Shown here: in pieces, positions 44,004 through 58,018 of the stretch
Position numbering within the stretch: the first letter of the stretch is position 1
How the letters are laid out: each line of letters opens with the position of its first letter
NCBI GenBank assembly: GCA_964016885.1
Contig: OZ024747.1
Location: 48,918,001-48,982,000, forward strand
Reading direction: 5' to 3'
DNA: 64,000 nt
Source of the DNA: Eledone cirrhosa
Lineage: Eukaryota
Program-made: the position numbers and the translations under genes
The notes under the pieces: generated by a model
What the model was told of the DNA's origin: nothing
The model's input: only the letters and a program-made list of their open reading frames with translations
The model's database searches: none

Positions 44004-44034
<31 letters not shown>

Positions 44035-45529
44035 GCAATAATAATAATAACGACAACAATAATAATAATATACATATTCATATATATATACACACACACA
44101 TACATATATACATACATATATACATACATAAATATATACTTACCTACATATTTATATACATACATACTTACATACATACATACACACATACATAGTTATG
44201 TATGCGTGTGTATGAGTGGGTGTATATATATATATATATTGCGTGTGTATTGTGTGTGCGTGCGAGGATATGTGTGTGTACATATATGTACGTAATTGTA
44301 TTTGTCTTAATACAGATTTAATGTCTGTTTTAAAAACTATTAAATTCCCAAGATATTATCATCAGACACTTCTACACACACACGCACACACGCACACACA
44401 CGCACACACACTCACACACACACACGCGCACACACACACACACATACTCACTCACTCACACACACATACACACTCACACACATACAAACACACATAATCA
44501 CTCTCACTCACGCACACATACACACACACTCACTCATACACACACACACATACACACAAACATAGAGACACTCACACACACATGCACATACACACACATA
44601 TACCCATACTCACATTCATATACACGAAGCGCAATAACCTCAATACACAGAAATACATATATAAATGTAATATAAACTGAATATAGCTATAACTATTCTT
44701 TTTGAAATTATATACCATATTTTCCATCATTCCCTCCGTATATACCAAATCATAAGAGATTGCATTTACGCCTTTTAGAGATATTTTTACCTTCGGATAA
44801 ATAGCGACAGCTGAGTATTTAAATAATATAAGTTTCTAGATAATTGAATAAATGCGGAGATAATTTAATAGATAGACATAAATGAAAAAATTTATAATTA
44901 CATAATTGAATGAATAAATAATTATAGAGGATAAGATAAGAATATACCAAGACAAAGTATAGTGGATGATGAATTAAAACTCGAAGTACGCATATCACAA
45001 TCTTAGCTTCCTTCAACCTTTGATAATTTTAGTAATTGTGATATGAATGTAATAATCAATTAGAACTGATGAATCACGGCGAGGCGGAAACAACGAGTTG
45101 TAGGTATATATTAAAAGAATAATATACAGGCAACCGAATTTGAATTACTATTAAGCAAGAAAAAAATAACAAACAAATATGGCGTGTCTAAATTATTAAC
45201 AGGATATTTGCATTTAAATACAGAGTCTGCTGTCCATTTAATTCTAGTCGAAATTTTTCAGGTATTTATCTCCTTTTCTTGAAAGACATCTGCAAATTTT
45301 CCTGTCTATTCTTTGTTATAGTCTCACAAGCACCTCACCAATACAGCGGGTTTAGGTTTGTCGTGCAAACTTCATTGCGCGCAGTAGCACTTTAATGAAC
45401 GAAACTGCACTGTAGTAAGATGGCTGATGATCTAACAATGCAACTATCTGTTATATAACTGTGTGCATTTTCTGCTGATATATATATAGTATATATATAG
45501 GAGGTGAGTTTTATTGTAGTACAATAAAG

Positions 45530-47060
45530 CAATGCAGATATCGGATAAGAAGCACTCTACAGTTTGTAGGACTGGAGTATACATAATATATAAGATCAAA
45601 AGATGGTTAAAAGAGTTCCATGTATTTTATTATGCGCATTTCAAAAACAAATATCATCATGCAATAACATTTGTGTTTTCATCAGATAAAATAGGAAGAC
45701 ATGATATGAAGGTTAAAAACACTTGTGGATAGTGCAGTTTTAAATCAACATATGAAAAGTAGTTTTAGATTGATGTTTGATATTGGGGAAAAACATTTTT
45801 TTGAGGGCGGGGGGGGGGGTTGGAAAGGATGAAAAAGAGGAGTTGAGAGTAAAAAGTGGAGGGGGAGGAGTATAATGAGGAAGGATGAGATAGGAGGAGA
45901 GATGGGTGATAGAGAGAGAGAGATAGCTTTTATAACTGATAAAAATATATTGTTTTACATAGAGAGGTTGAAAAACCGTTGGAAGATATTGTATAAATTA
46001 AAAGAATTTGAAAATTAACGAAGAGAAAAATAATGTAAAGTTAAGGTTTGGATATTGAAGGGTCTAATAATATTTGCGATGAAAAGAAATTGTTAATATG
46101 TATTAAGAATAATATTTAAGTGTTTAATAATATGTGCGATGGAAAGAAAATGTTGATATGTATTATTAAAAAAAACAAAAGTAATGTAAGTAAGGATATA
46201 TTGTGAGATGAGTATGAATAAGTTAGATGAAAGTGAGAAAAAAATAATGAATAGAGGATGAATAATCTAACGTCAAAAAAAATGTTTGTTTACGAAGGAT
46301 TTTTTCAAGGTGATATAAAGTAAGAATATATTGTATTGTGTAATAATTGTTTCTATGTCAGGCACAGTGAGAAAAGGTACAGATTAGGGGTTAGAAATTA
46401 AAAGAAAAAGAAAAGAAAAGGAAAAGGAAGAAAGGGAAGTGATAAATGGGAGTGATATAGAATGAGTAACAAGTATTATATAATGTATAATAAATAACTT
46501 TGAAATAAGGTAGAAAGATGGGTATATTTTTAAAGAAGTATATATATATATGTGTGCCTTTGAGAAAAGGATTCTGAATTGATAAAGTTTAGGATATTAG
46601 CTGTATACTTTATGGAATGTTCTGTGGAATGTATGCAAGCAGAGAGAAAACAAGTCAGTGCGTCTATTTATTATAGAATCTAAATTAGATATAATGAATT
46701 TTTTTCATTTAGACAGAGATTACAAGTCTTGGATAGAGAACTGTTCAAGTATAAAGAAGCAGAAGAAACCTTTTTCCAAGAGATGTTATATTTAATATTT
46801 TTGTGTTTCAAGGACCATATGAGTTCTGAGAGGGCCGTGTTGGTTCTTTTAAGTTGGTATTTAAAAGACGAATGATGATTATAAAGACGAGCTTTAAAGG
46901 AGGTGGAAGTGGAGCCAAAATAGGTGAAGGAATTGGTGTCAGTTATAACTTTACATTCGTAGATTAAGTTTTTATCAAGACAATGGTTGTTGAGAGGACA
47001 TTTATTTTTAACAGGGCAATTGCAATTGCGATTAGAGAGATTATTAACGAGTGACCTAGT
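45530..47060 (-). pseudogene. Penelope-like element 3' end: GIY-YIG endonuclease (~46600-47060) plus pseudo-LTR
   Basis: CNCPVKNKCPLNNHCL, LIY..YFGST, FKARLYNH, TALSELIW, CNLCLNEK; 45530-46040 recurs at 62236-62790. Confidence 0.9.
45623..45693 (-). ncRNA. Minimal type I hammerhead ribozyme in the PLE pseudo-LTR
   Basis: Minus strand tattttat-CTGATGA-aaacacaaatgttat..gatatttgttttt-GAAA-tgcgca-TA-ataaaata; same strand as the GIY-YIG ORF. Confidence 0.82.
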
Positions 47061-47252
47061 GTTATCTATAGAAGGAATTGGATTGGAGAAGTTATTTGCG
47101 ATAGGAATAATAGTTTCATGATTTAGAATGGGATTAAGAACAGTTAGCGAAGTTGTGTTTGACGTTGTATTTGGGTTTGCAGAAATTAGCCTAGAGTTTA
47201 CAATGACGTCGGGAGTACTAGTAATAGTACTCTGCAAACCCAAATACAACCC

Positions 47253-47394
47253 AGCATAGTTACGTCCCTTTATGATCTGAGTTCAAATCCCGCCGAGGTT
47301 GACTTTGCCTTTCATCCTTACGGGGTCGATAAAATAAAGTACCAGTAATGCACTGGATAATTGCTGGCCTTGTGCCTAAAGTAGAAACAATTAT
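47253..47394 (+). mobile_element. tRNA-derived SINE (major family), 5'-truncated
   Basis: SINE body. Confidence 0.85.
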
Positions 47395-47415
47395 TTTTTC
47401 ATTACCATTGAAAGG

Positions 47416-47500
47416 GGTCTGACGAGCCGTGGATTACAGAGTCGGGCTAGATCAATACAGATTTAACCTTGAGCTGATCAGTGGCGAAACGCGCGTCACC
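47416..47500 (+). ncRNA. Type I hammerhead ribozyme with 60-nt stem II (family I)
   Basis: ggt-CTGACGA-gccgt..gtggc-GAAA-cgcgcg-TC-acc; GUC site. Confidence 0.8.
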
Positions 47501-47547
47501 AACCAATAAATGTAATGAAGGAGTAACCAATCGTTCTTGTTTTATTT

Positions 47548-47691
<144 letters not shown>

Positions 47692-47952
47692 TAATTAAAT
47701 AGACTGTCACAGTAACCATTACAATAATACAATTGATTAAGTTCAGTGCTCCAGTTCTAATATAATTGATGAGCATTTAAAACCTTTTCCTGGTTCTTTC
47801 TTCGTAGATTGTCAAAGATGTAGAGAGTTTCTGAGGAAGATCCAAATAAAGATCGAAACATAAGACGTGTTTACATGGTTAAATATTAAGTATGTGTTTA
47901 CATAACAATTCTCGCAGTGTGGGTTAAAAGATGTCAGCTGCTTAGTGAATAA

Positions 47953-48032
<80 letters not shown>

Positions 48033-48217
48033 ACATAAATCTACCAAAATATACGGTAGTGTCCAATCCGTATGAAGAACTCAATGTAATCCAAATATCA
48101 TGAAAAGAGAAGATGTATTCAAATTTTTTTCGATGAAAAACACAGGAAAACAGAGTCAAGATAAATTAATAAAAACAATGAATAAAAACGAAGAAACTGT
48201 TCCTTATATTAAGAAAT

Positions 48218-48352
48218 TCATTTTACGATCGTTTCTAGGATATATATGTGTGTGTTGGTATGTATATCATATAGATCTATGTAAAAGTTTTACAAACTAT
48301 CAGATGGAATATACATACCTACACATATATATGCTGTCTTCAGAAATAATGA
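48218..48352 (-). ncRNA. Hammerhead ribozyme with ~100-nt stem II (family H), mirror copy
   Basis: Reverse complement of 48687-48823; the inverted arms are separated by ~330 nt. Confidence 0.7.
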
Positions 48353-48686
48353 TATTTGTTTATTGAAAAAAAACAACAAAGATTTAATATAATAGGTCTG
48401 TTTGGGAACAGGTTATGAATTGACCAATAGAAAAGTAGTAAGTGGTCAAGTTGATAGAATAGTAGTAGTAGAAATTTAATTTAGGGGTAGAGGAATGTAG
48501 ACTTCAGTTTTGAATGGAAAGAGTATTTTGAATGAAAAGATTACTTTGGGGATGAAAATAGGTCAAGCCGGTGAAAGGTACACGAAAATTTGATGTTATT
48601 AAAGAATAATGCTAATGTTAAAATCTAAGGAGAATAAAATTTTACTATAAATGTGTTAGTGAAAAATATCAATCTTATTACAATTA

Positions 48687-48823
48687 TCATTATTTCTGAA
48701 GACAGCATATATATGTGTAGGTATTATATTCCCTCTGATAGTTTGTAAAAATTTTACATAGATCTATATGATATACATACCAACACACACATATATATCC
48801 TAGAAACGATCGTAAAATGATGA
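48687..48823 (+). ncRNA. Hammerhead ribozyme with ~100-nt stem II (family H)
   Basis: tcattattt-CTGAAGA-cagcatatatatgtgt..acacatatatatccta-GAAA-cgatcg-TA-aaatgatga. Confidence 0.72.
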
Positions 48824-48874
48824 ATTTCTTAATATAAGGTACTGTTTCTTTGTTTTTATTCATTGTTTTTATTA

Positions 48875-48953
<79 letters not shown>

Positions 48954-49083
48954 TGTGTGTTTGACGGCGTGTATTTGTGTGGTGAGGTGTAGAGGTATGT
49001 ATAGATACATATATCGATATATTTATTTTTATATGTATATATATATAGTTGAAAATTGCAAACTTGACTGTCACCACACATTA

Positions 49084-49122
49084 TGAACCTGAAGATTGCG
49101 AAAGCATGAAAGTACTTGTTCA
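49084..49122 (+). ncRNA. Minimal hammerhead ribozyme (family G)
   Basis: tgaac-CTGAAGA-ttgc(gaaa)gcat-GAAA-gtac-TT-gttca. Confidence 0.7.
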
Positions 49123-49280
49123 ATTAACACTTAACATTTAATATTCTATCATACTATTTCATTCTAATACCATTATAAATTTTAAAGGATTGTAAATAAA
49201 ACGAGTAAATCAGACAAAGTTGGAATTCCTTTTATTAATATAATCTTCTATACACAATCATACACACCCGTGTATATTTA

Positions 49281-49339
<59 letters not shown>

Positions 49340-49580
49340 ATCTGTCTGAGTATATACTGTATATATAAGTATATACGTACACATATATATTTCCAGTGTG
49401 GATGTGGATGTTGTTGCTGTGTGTGAATGAATGTAAACACTCTCCAAACCAGGAAGAAGGTACTAACATTACCATTATAGATTCCACCTGCGAAAACATT
49501 TAGGAGTTAAGATGATCAGCTTTAAAGGAAACGTATACTTGCTAGTGTGTGTGTATGTATATGGGGGTGGGGTGACTGTA

Positions 49581-49611
<31 letters not shown>

Positions 49612-49674
49612 CTGTGTGTGTGTGTGTCTATGTGTATATGTATGTCTCTCTGGGAGCTTACGTTTGTAAGTGTT

Positions 49675-49749
<75 letters not shown>

Positions 49750-49762
49750 CCACGTGAATGTG

Positions 49763-49847
<85 letters not shown>

Positions 49848-50604
49848 CACGTGAATGTGTTATATATATATAGAGAGAGAGAGATTTGTTTCCTATCCAG
49901 GGAGCCCCAACCGTTAAGGTTGTTTTTTCCGGTTATGTCAATATTTATATATATATATATATATATGGGAGGAGGGTACGTGTGTGTATTTGTTATATAT
50001 GTATATGTAAGAGTGAGGGCGGGGGGGAGGAGGGGGGCTGCTGTGGACATACTCCTCTGTCAAGCTAGCCCCGAGTTACCATCAGAGCGATCAAATATCA
50101 TTTCTGACACCCATCCACATATACGCAAAAATACACGTACATAAATGCGCGCACCCACACACACACTGGCACACACAAACACACACACAGCATGCAAACG
50201 GACGCACTTACGTTGATATATATATATATATATAATTAAATGAGCCAAGGGAAATAACTCGAGTTAGCCAATTGCATAAATTACGATAATTCCGGTAGGT
50301 GGTGTACAAAACAACGTACACACACAATAGGTACTTTACTTCCCGGTCTTGAATAATCGCCCCCACCTCCAAAACTTATTGTAAGTGATTCATATTGATA
50401 TAGCAGCTGGAGAATCTTATAATAATTTTATTTTACATTAAAAAACATTATATATGACAAAAAAAGATAATTACAAAAAATCCCATATTTTCTAACGTAC
50501 ACTATACAATTACCGATTCCCCGCCCCCATTTATTCCACCCCCTACTTAGAACTTGAACTAGCTGTTGAAAGGGCAAGAGCTCGGCCGTTGGGTCCCAAT
50601 TCTT

Positions 50605-50659
<55 letters not shown>

Positions 50660-50722
50660 ACACATGCTTGCCATGTGTGTGTGTATGTGTGTGTGAATTT
50701 ATGTATATATGTGCATGCGTCT

Positions 50723-51042
50723 GTGAAGCTGTGTGGTTTTGTGGTTAGGATATTCAGTTTCCCGATCGTAAGGCTCAGAGTTCGATTTCCGGCAGCACGC
50801 AGTGTTCTTTAGTACGACACACTGGTTGCTCCAATCCACTCAGCTGGCAAAAAATGGGTCCAATCACAAGATTGGAAAAACCAGCCATGTCACATTATCA
50901 GTCCCACTGAATCTCTCTGAGAAATAAGTTAATCGTATGCGTGTATGTGGAATGCTCAAACACTTGTACGTTAATTTCATGAATATGCTGTTCCGTTGAT
51001 TGTATCAACTGCAATAGTGTCGTCGTAACTGACGGAGTGCCA
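50723..51042 (+). mobile_element. Second tRNA-derived SINE family, diverged
   Basis: A box gtggttagg, B box gagttcgatt, body gttgctccaatccactcagctggcaaaaaatg; head is related to 56290-56395 (minus strand). Confidence 0.65.
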
Positions 51043-51171
51043 ATACAAACATCTATCTGTTTGCATACGTTTTGAAAGTTCCTCTGCCGTTGCCGTTTGT
51101 TCTTACCTCCGACGACATTAACTTACGCCCCAATGCTATGCCATATACTTCCGTATTCCGCGCCTCTAAAC

Positions 51172-51652
51172 CATTGGTTCCTAACCAGGGGACCATGGCC
51201 CACCTGTGGGCCATAGCTAGTTATTGGGGGAGCCACGGGAATTAACTAAAAGTCACAAAATTTCATACATAAAAAAGAAGAGTAGTTTTCTAACATAATT
51301 TTTTCTTTTTCTTGCTTTAAATTTTTATATTCAACTTTTTATCAACTTTCTACCTTTTCTAATTATGATTTCACTTCACTTGATAATTATTTAAATCTGG
51401 ATATAACAATTTATGTTTTAGTAAATAAACTTAGTAAAGAAACTTATTTTTATACCAGGATATATATTATTTATTTTAGTAAATTTTAGTAAAGTTTATA
51501 ATAAATTTAAAATGATTTGATTGAAATAAAAAGACATGCGGAAATTATTTCTACATAAAAAAATTATATCAAAAATTTTAATTTTTTGGGAGGCCATACT
51601 GTTTTGCTATATCATTAAGGTCGAATTTATTATAAAAGGTTGGGAACCGCTG
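51172..51652. mobile_element. hAT (Charlie-like) MITE
   Basis: TIRs cattggttcctaacc / ggttgggaaccgctg; 8-bp TSD ctctaaac / ctctaaat. Confidence 0.85.
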
Positions 51653-52135
51653 CTCTAAATGTTCCACATATAACAGATCAGTTTTCACTGTCGCTGATTA
51701 TAACATCCTTAAATGGCTTCTACTGCCTTGACTGCCACGTCTTCTTTCTTCCCTTACTTCCGGTCTAGGCGGCAACACGTTACAGATTGCTGTCATATTT
51801 TGAATCTGGTGGGATATGAAATATTGTGAACGACGGCTGAGGCAATTATGCATGTATTTCTTTGCCTGTGTGTGGAAGCCTCAACAATAGGGATGGGTAA
51901 ATCTCTGGGTAACAAAATCAAGTGGTAATGAGAGAGAGAGATGTAGAAAGAGACGTAGAGAGCGTAAATGAACGTAGGAAAAGTGTAAAGAATAATAACA
52001 CGAGATGGAGTTACCTTGGAAGTGATTTAATAGTCCCTATATTTCGGATTTCGCATTCATCAACTGAGAGTTTTCCGAGAGGAATAGGTTGTGTCGGAGA
52101 GGGACAACACGTGGCCTTCGCTCTTTATCGTCTGC

Positions 52136-52190
<55 letters not shown>

Positions 52191-52274
52191 GTATGTATAT
52201 ATGTATGTATGTATGTATGTATGTTTGTATGAATGTATGTATGTATGTATGTATGTATGTATGTATGTATTTAT

Positions 52275-52572
52275 GGTAAATATCATCTTGGTTAAGAGAG
52301 TGGGACTGGCTTTGTGCAGTGCCTTTTCTCACTATAAAAGCTTCACGGCACAGGCATTGCTTTATATCTGGAGATGTCTCTGCACTTGTCGTCACATGGT
52401 ACCATGGGCCCAGCACTATGTGTCAATAATTGTCACAGGTGTAGTGTTTGTACCAGAGTTTTCAAGTCGCTGGCTGGACTAAAAAGTCACACTCGTTCAG
52501 CGCATCGGTAGGGGTTCTCCTACATGGATATAAAGTAGTGGCCGTACTCGAAAACGAGTTGGCAGCCACCAT
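52275..52572 (+). mobile_element. 3' part of the (TATG)n-associated repeat
   Basis: Near-identical to 20422-20720; (TATG)n on both sides. Confidence 0.7.
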
Positions 52573-52775
52573 GTATGTATGTATGTATGATTGCACGTGT
52601 ATATATAGGGGAAGCGACGTGTTGTGTTCAGTTTCGTTCAGCGCTTTCTAGATCAGAATAAACGGTTTAAGGGCAGATGGTACACCAATATATTGCGTAA
52701 TTTCATGTCCATAGCCCTTATTATAAGAATTACCATTTACTGTGCACACACACATACACACACACGCACAGACAG

Positions 52776-52881
<106 letters not shown>

Positions 52882-52997
52882 AATGAAAAACAATCTTGTC
52901 TCTGATCGCCAGCATTTAGCAGTTTTGACGCTGTTCTATCGATGAGTTTTCTTATTTGTATATGTATATATATGTTTGTATATGTATGCATGTATGT

Positions 52998-53430
52998 ATG
53001 TCGGGTCACTCTTGAGTGCTACTGGTAACATGTAACCCAGTACAACCTGTCGCATGGTCAGGTCGTCGGCGACTAAACCGGCAACCCCACCAAGTTTACT
53101 TGGTGAAGAGGGTGATTTTGGACACCCTGCAGGACAAAAAACAAAACCTGACAAAAGGCGGAAGAACTCATAAGAGTCAAGGGCCATCCAAAAATGTGTA
53201 AATATGTATATACACATGTATATATGTATATATATATATGTATATGTGTATATATATATGGGTGCATGTGTATGTAAATGCACGGGGACATAGAAATAGT
53301 CCGGCTGGACACCCGATCGCGTGGTTAAACCACTGGGAGTGAAGTCCCTAGCCTTTGTCAGAGAGTGGGATTGGCTCAGTGTCTTTCCTCACTTTAAAAA
53401 ATATCTTCACGCACAGGCATTGCACGATAG
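52998..53430 (+). mobile_element. Third copy of the (TATG)n-associated repeat 5' region
   Basis: Colinear with 20745-21290. Confidence 0.65.
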
Positions 53431-53793
53431 AATTAATTAATAATTATTAATAATGGTATATCGTGCACCACCACACCCGTGCCCTCCCGGATCCATACCC
53501 ACCTCTCACTTTTTATAACTTTTATTTTCCACTTCATGTTCCTTTTTAATTTATTTTTATTTCTATTTTTCTCGCTAATTCCCCCCCCCCCCCCCCTCAC
53601 CCCTTCTCGGAGTTCCTCCCCTACTCTCCTGATGAAGAATCCGAAACGTCTCATCAAGCGTGAAACTAATAATATTTGATACATTTACTCCTGCGTTTGT
53701 CTGTTTTTTTTTGTTTTCTGTTATTCCAAGCTATATATATATATATATATACATACACACACATATATATATATACATGAATATATAAAGTAA

Positions 53794-53978
53794 TAATTGT
53801 TTCTACTATTGGCACAAGGCCAGCAATTACCCAGTACATTACTGGTACTTTATTTTATCGACCAAGTAAGGATGAAAGGCAAAGTTAATCTCGGCGGGAT
53901 TTGAACTCAGACTGTAAAGGGACGTAACTATGCTAGAAAGCATGGCGTCCAACCCTCTACCGATACTGCCAATTCACC
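53794..53978 (-). mobile_element. tRNA-derived SINE (major family)
   Basis: Reverse complement of the SINE. Confidence 0.85.
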
Positions 53979-54154
53979 GTTCTTTATATATAGTAATAAT
54001 AATAAATGTGAAGACTAAAATCCAAAGAGGGCTCGATAAGGATAAGTATATATCAAATATATAAGAACCATAGAGCAAACAATTATTAAAATAACAGATT
54101 AAACTTTATGCAAAGAATCGGTGTTTTCACCCTTAACGGGATCTTCTGAAACGT

Positions 54155-54272
54155 TGAGTTCAAATCCCGCCGAGGTTAACTTTGCCTTTCATCCTTATGG
54201 GGTCGATAAAATAAAGTACCAGTAATCTACTGGGTATTTGCTGGCCTTGTGCCAAAAGTAGAAACAATTATT
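54155..54272 (+). mobile_element. tRNA-derived SINE (major family), 5'-truncated
   Basis: Starts at the B box. Confidence 0.82.
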
Positions 54273-54360
54273 ATTTCTAACAATATTATAACAATATGAC
54301 CCTCCCCAAATATAACGATATTTGTTTCAACACACGATTTCATATCAAAAACCTTGCAAA

Positions 54361-54408
<48 letters not shown>

Positions 54409-54624
54409 TTATATATATATATAGATAGATAGATAGGTAGATATCAAGGGAAGTAACTCAGACTTGCCTAATATACCCCAGTAACCTACCCATATCAGTA
54501 ACTTAGTTTTAACTGCCTACTGAGAAAATCTATTACATATGCGTTATTTGTTAATATGCATATATATACACATACATATATTTGGTTACGTATACACACA
54601 CACGAGTGTGTGCTGTGATGTATG

Positions 54625-54669
<45 letters not shown>

Positions 54670-54736
54670 ACTGCCTCTCTGTTTTTGTTCCTGTCTAATA
54701 TTTATCTCTATATATATTTATATTTATATTTATATT

Positions 54737-54822
<86 letters not shown>

Positions 54823-54994
54823 TTGCAATGTTTTTGATGGCCATATTGATGGAGATATAAAAGATACAGAAGCGAAAACCAACCAAACAGTGAGTGTGTT
54901 CTGTTATTATTTCTGGCAAAATTATTACAACAATATGACCCTCCCCAAGTATAACTATATATATATACATATACACATATACATATTTACGCAC

Positions 54995-55029
<35 letters not shown>

Positions 55030-55046
55030 CATTTATATATTCCTCT

Positions 55047-55081
<35 letters not shown>

Positions 55082-55277
55082 CTCTCTCTCTCTCTCTCTC
55101 TCTCTCCCTCATATATATATATATATATATTTCATGAAACATTTGTTAAACCCCATTAATGAATAAATATATGGTTTGTGAGAGTCCTAAATATATATGT
55201 CATATTATATTGAACGAGCTGTCTCCGTAATCCTTGTATATGTATATGGAAACTAAAGCAAAACGCCACAACAGCAG

Positions 55278-55481
55278 CTAGACAACCATAGCCTGCGAAT
55301 CGGCGTTTCCCTGAGGCTCGGCTTCCGGATCTGCCAGCCACACCAATGTCGCTGCGGTTCCACCGTGGACTCTTCTGGCCAGCCGCAGGTGTGAGCCCCG
55401 CGAGTTGGAGTGGCTTTTCCAGCACGTCTCGTTGACGTCCACCGGGGAAACGCCTTCTCCATTCTGTTCGCCGGGGCTGTG
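55278..55481 (+). pseudogene. CRE-clade LINE C-terminal fragment with internal deletion
   Basis: Manual plus-strand translation [34 protein letters not shown], then EPRELEWLFQHVSL and HRGNAFSIL. Confidence 0.75.
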
Positions 55482-55855
55482 GGTGGGCTCCATCGCTTAC
55501 CAATACATTAGTTAAATACCATTCTTTCATCGTTGCAACTTGTATCCACATTATTGACGTATTATATCTATAAATTATACAGTGAAATTCCAACACATAA
55601 CATATACAGGTAAGGATGAAATTTTTGGCGTGTTTGGCTAGTGATTTTATTTTTTTTTTTTGTTGTGATATCGATGGAAAATCTTGGTCAGTCTTTCCCT
55701 ATATTGGTTCTGAACAACCACAGATGACGGGCAATTCCGTGTAATTATTCTGTGAAATAAGGATTCTTTTGATAAAATGTAGTCACACGCAGTGACTGGT
55801 TAAGGAGTTTGCTACCATATGGTTTCCTGTACAGTTTCACTGCCATCTTGAGCAA

Positions 55856-56018
55856 GAGGGTCGGACGCCATGCTTTGACGCATAGTTACGGCCCTTGCCA
55901 TTCTGAGTTCAAATTCCGCCGAGGTTAACTTTGCCTTTCATCCTTACGGGGTCGATAAAATAAAGTACCAGTAATACACTGGGTAATTGCTGGCCTTGTG
56001 CCAAAAGTAGAAACAATT
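55856..56018 (+). mobile_element. tRNA-derived SINE (major family)
   Basis: SINE body. Confidence 0.85.
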
Positions 56019-56289
56019 ATATTACTATTTAGTAAACATGTTCTTAAAACGACACGTTCACTTTTTTTTTTTTATTACATCGGAAATAGGTGGCTATATT
56101 TACAGCCAGAAAACCGTTTGATAATGCAAAAGTAAGCTAAAGTGTTGATATATATATGTGTGTGTGTGTGAGAACATATATATATATATATATCGACAGT
56201 CGAGCGACCTTCATCGAATCGGACCGAGAAACAATGTCTCCATTGGTCTTTCCAGTTGCTAATACTATCTATCCGTCGTAGGTAGAAGG

Positions 56290-56395
56290 TGCAACGTGAA
56301 ATAAAGTGTCTTGCTCAAAGGCATAACGCATCACCCGGTCCGGGAATCGAACTCACAACCTCACGATTGCGAGTTCAATTCTCTAACCACTCAGA
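56290..56395 (-). mobile_element. Head of the second SINE family
   Basis: Minus strand gtggttagag..gagttcgattcc..ctttgagcaagacact. Confidence 0.7.
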
Positions 56396-56428
56396 CACGC
56401 ACACACACACACACAGGCACACACACAC

Positions 56429-56581
<153 letters not shown>

Positions 56582-57561
56582 GTATGTATTCTAGTAATTG
56601 TCGACCTTAGTATTTCAAGGATAACAGGTCAACATTTGTAGCTCAAGATATCACCCTGTACGTAGAAATAACACTGTTAAAAAATTACAATTATTGCCAA
56701 TACATGCCTGAAACTAAATATTTACCCAAACGTGTGCCAAAAGTGTAAATATTTATAAGAGGTAGGCGGCCATGTTTGTGGATTTTGTTATTTTCTAAGA
56801 CGTATGTTTTGATACATAGAATCAGTAATATTACCATAATTCATTGTGGTTTTGTTTTTATTCGTTTAGAGATCAGTTGGTCTTCTGCTACTGATGCGGT
56901 ATTTTGGATTCTAGCTTGAAGTTCAAGTAGTAGTATCTTAAAAAATAGTATCCATGTAATAGTTAACCCCATAAATTTAAACTTAAAAAATGGAAGAAAA
57001 GAATTCGTCTTTTACACGAGTATATGTGGTATATATGTTATTATATTCGGGGATGGTCAACTGGCCAATATTACCAATCTGTGGCCTCCTCAATTACTAT
57101 TTGCTTTCCTCCAGTCTTATTTTGTTTACCTATATTATCTTTCAGACAGAAAGGCAAGATGGGGTAAACAAAATAAGACCCAAAAGAGGGAATACAGAGG
57201 AAAACAAATAGTCATGGAAGAGGTTACAGAATGTGTGCTGAAAGATCTTTGACAAAACAACAAATATCTAATAATAAAGCTGAAGTGAAAACCAAAGAAT
57301 GTTTTTATTGACAATATTGGCAACATGACCAACCCCAAATATAACAATATATATTTCAACACACGATTTTACATCAAGAATCTTGCAAAACAAATACAAG
57401 TAAATACAAGTAAATACAAGTAAATACAAGTAAAGAGTTATTTAATTTGTTGGTTATTCAACAAATTTATTTATAACAGATTCGAAGCACTCTACAAAAT
57501 TCTTCTGGAGTATAATATCAATAATGTTAATAAATGTAAACTATCTTTATAAAACCATATT

Positions 57562-57625
57562 TATTTTATTATATATATTTCAAGGGTACCAACATTTTTT
57601 TGGTACACTCTCATCAGATAAAATA
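57562..57625 (-). ncRNA. Minimal type I hammerhead ribozyme (family B)
   Basis: Minus strand tattttat-CTGATGA-gagtgtaccaa..ttggtaccctt-GAAA-tatata-TA-ataaaata. Confidence 0.8.
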
Positions 57626-57759
57626 CAAAAGTTGTTTTATAAATAGTGACATATCCCAAAACAAGAACTTATCGTTTTAAGTTCTGTTTGAATAGTCAAA
57701 CAGAACTTAAAACGATAAGTTCTTCTTTGGAAATGTCACTATCTATAAAACAACTTTTG

Positions 57760-57823
57760 TATTTTATCTGATGAGTGCGTACCAAAAAAATGTTGGTCCC
57801 CTTGAAATATATATAATAAAATA
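57760..57823 (+). ncRNA. Minimal type I hammerhead ribozyme (family B)
   Basis: tattttat-CTGATGA 57768..GAAA 57804-tatata-TA-ataaaata; stem II partly decayed. Confidence 0.68.
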
Positions 57824-57866
57824 AATATGGTATTATAAAGATAGTTTCCATTTATTAATATAATTG

Positions 57867-57904
<38 letters not shown>

Positions 57905-57963
57905 GTAAAATAATTAAGTCAAATATGTAAAATTTGGCTTCGTTTATTATAAATTATAGATAT

Positions 57964-58018
57964 ACTGCTATATACATTTCGGCGACAGCCATCATTGGCT
58001 GTGACCTCTTCAGGCAGT
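57964..58018 (-). ncRNA. Minimal type I hammerhead ribozyme (family E)
   Basis: Homologue of 35561-35615. Confidence 0.8.

Larger units (their letters stand above)
57515..57870. repeat. Palindrome (family B) with a 4-nt loop and diverged arms
   Basis: Centre 57692-57695; roughly ten mismatches between arms. Confidence 0.9.

Noticed and set aside
45066-45102. Further CTGANGA...GAAA matches at 45066, 47831, 17789, 53629, lone cores at 4552, 7830, 59785, and CAGAAGA variants at ~6690 and ~54140
   Set aside because: Stem I or stem II pairing or core nucleotides are missing; possibly decayed hammerheads, so not counted as intact.
55156-55596. Minus-strand ORFs (e.g. MEPTHSPGEQ...) as a host first exon
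   Set aside because: Better explained as the antisense of a CRE-type LINE fragment on the plus strand.
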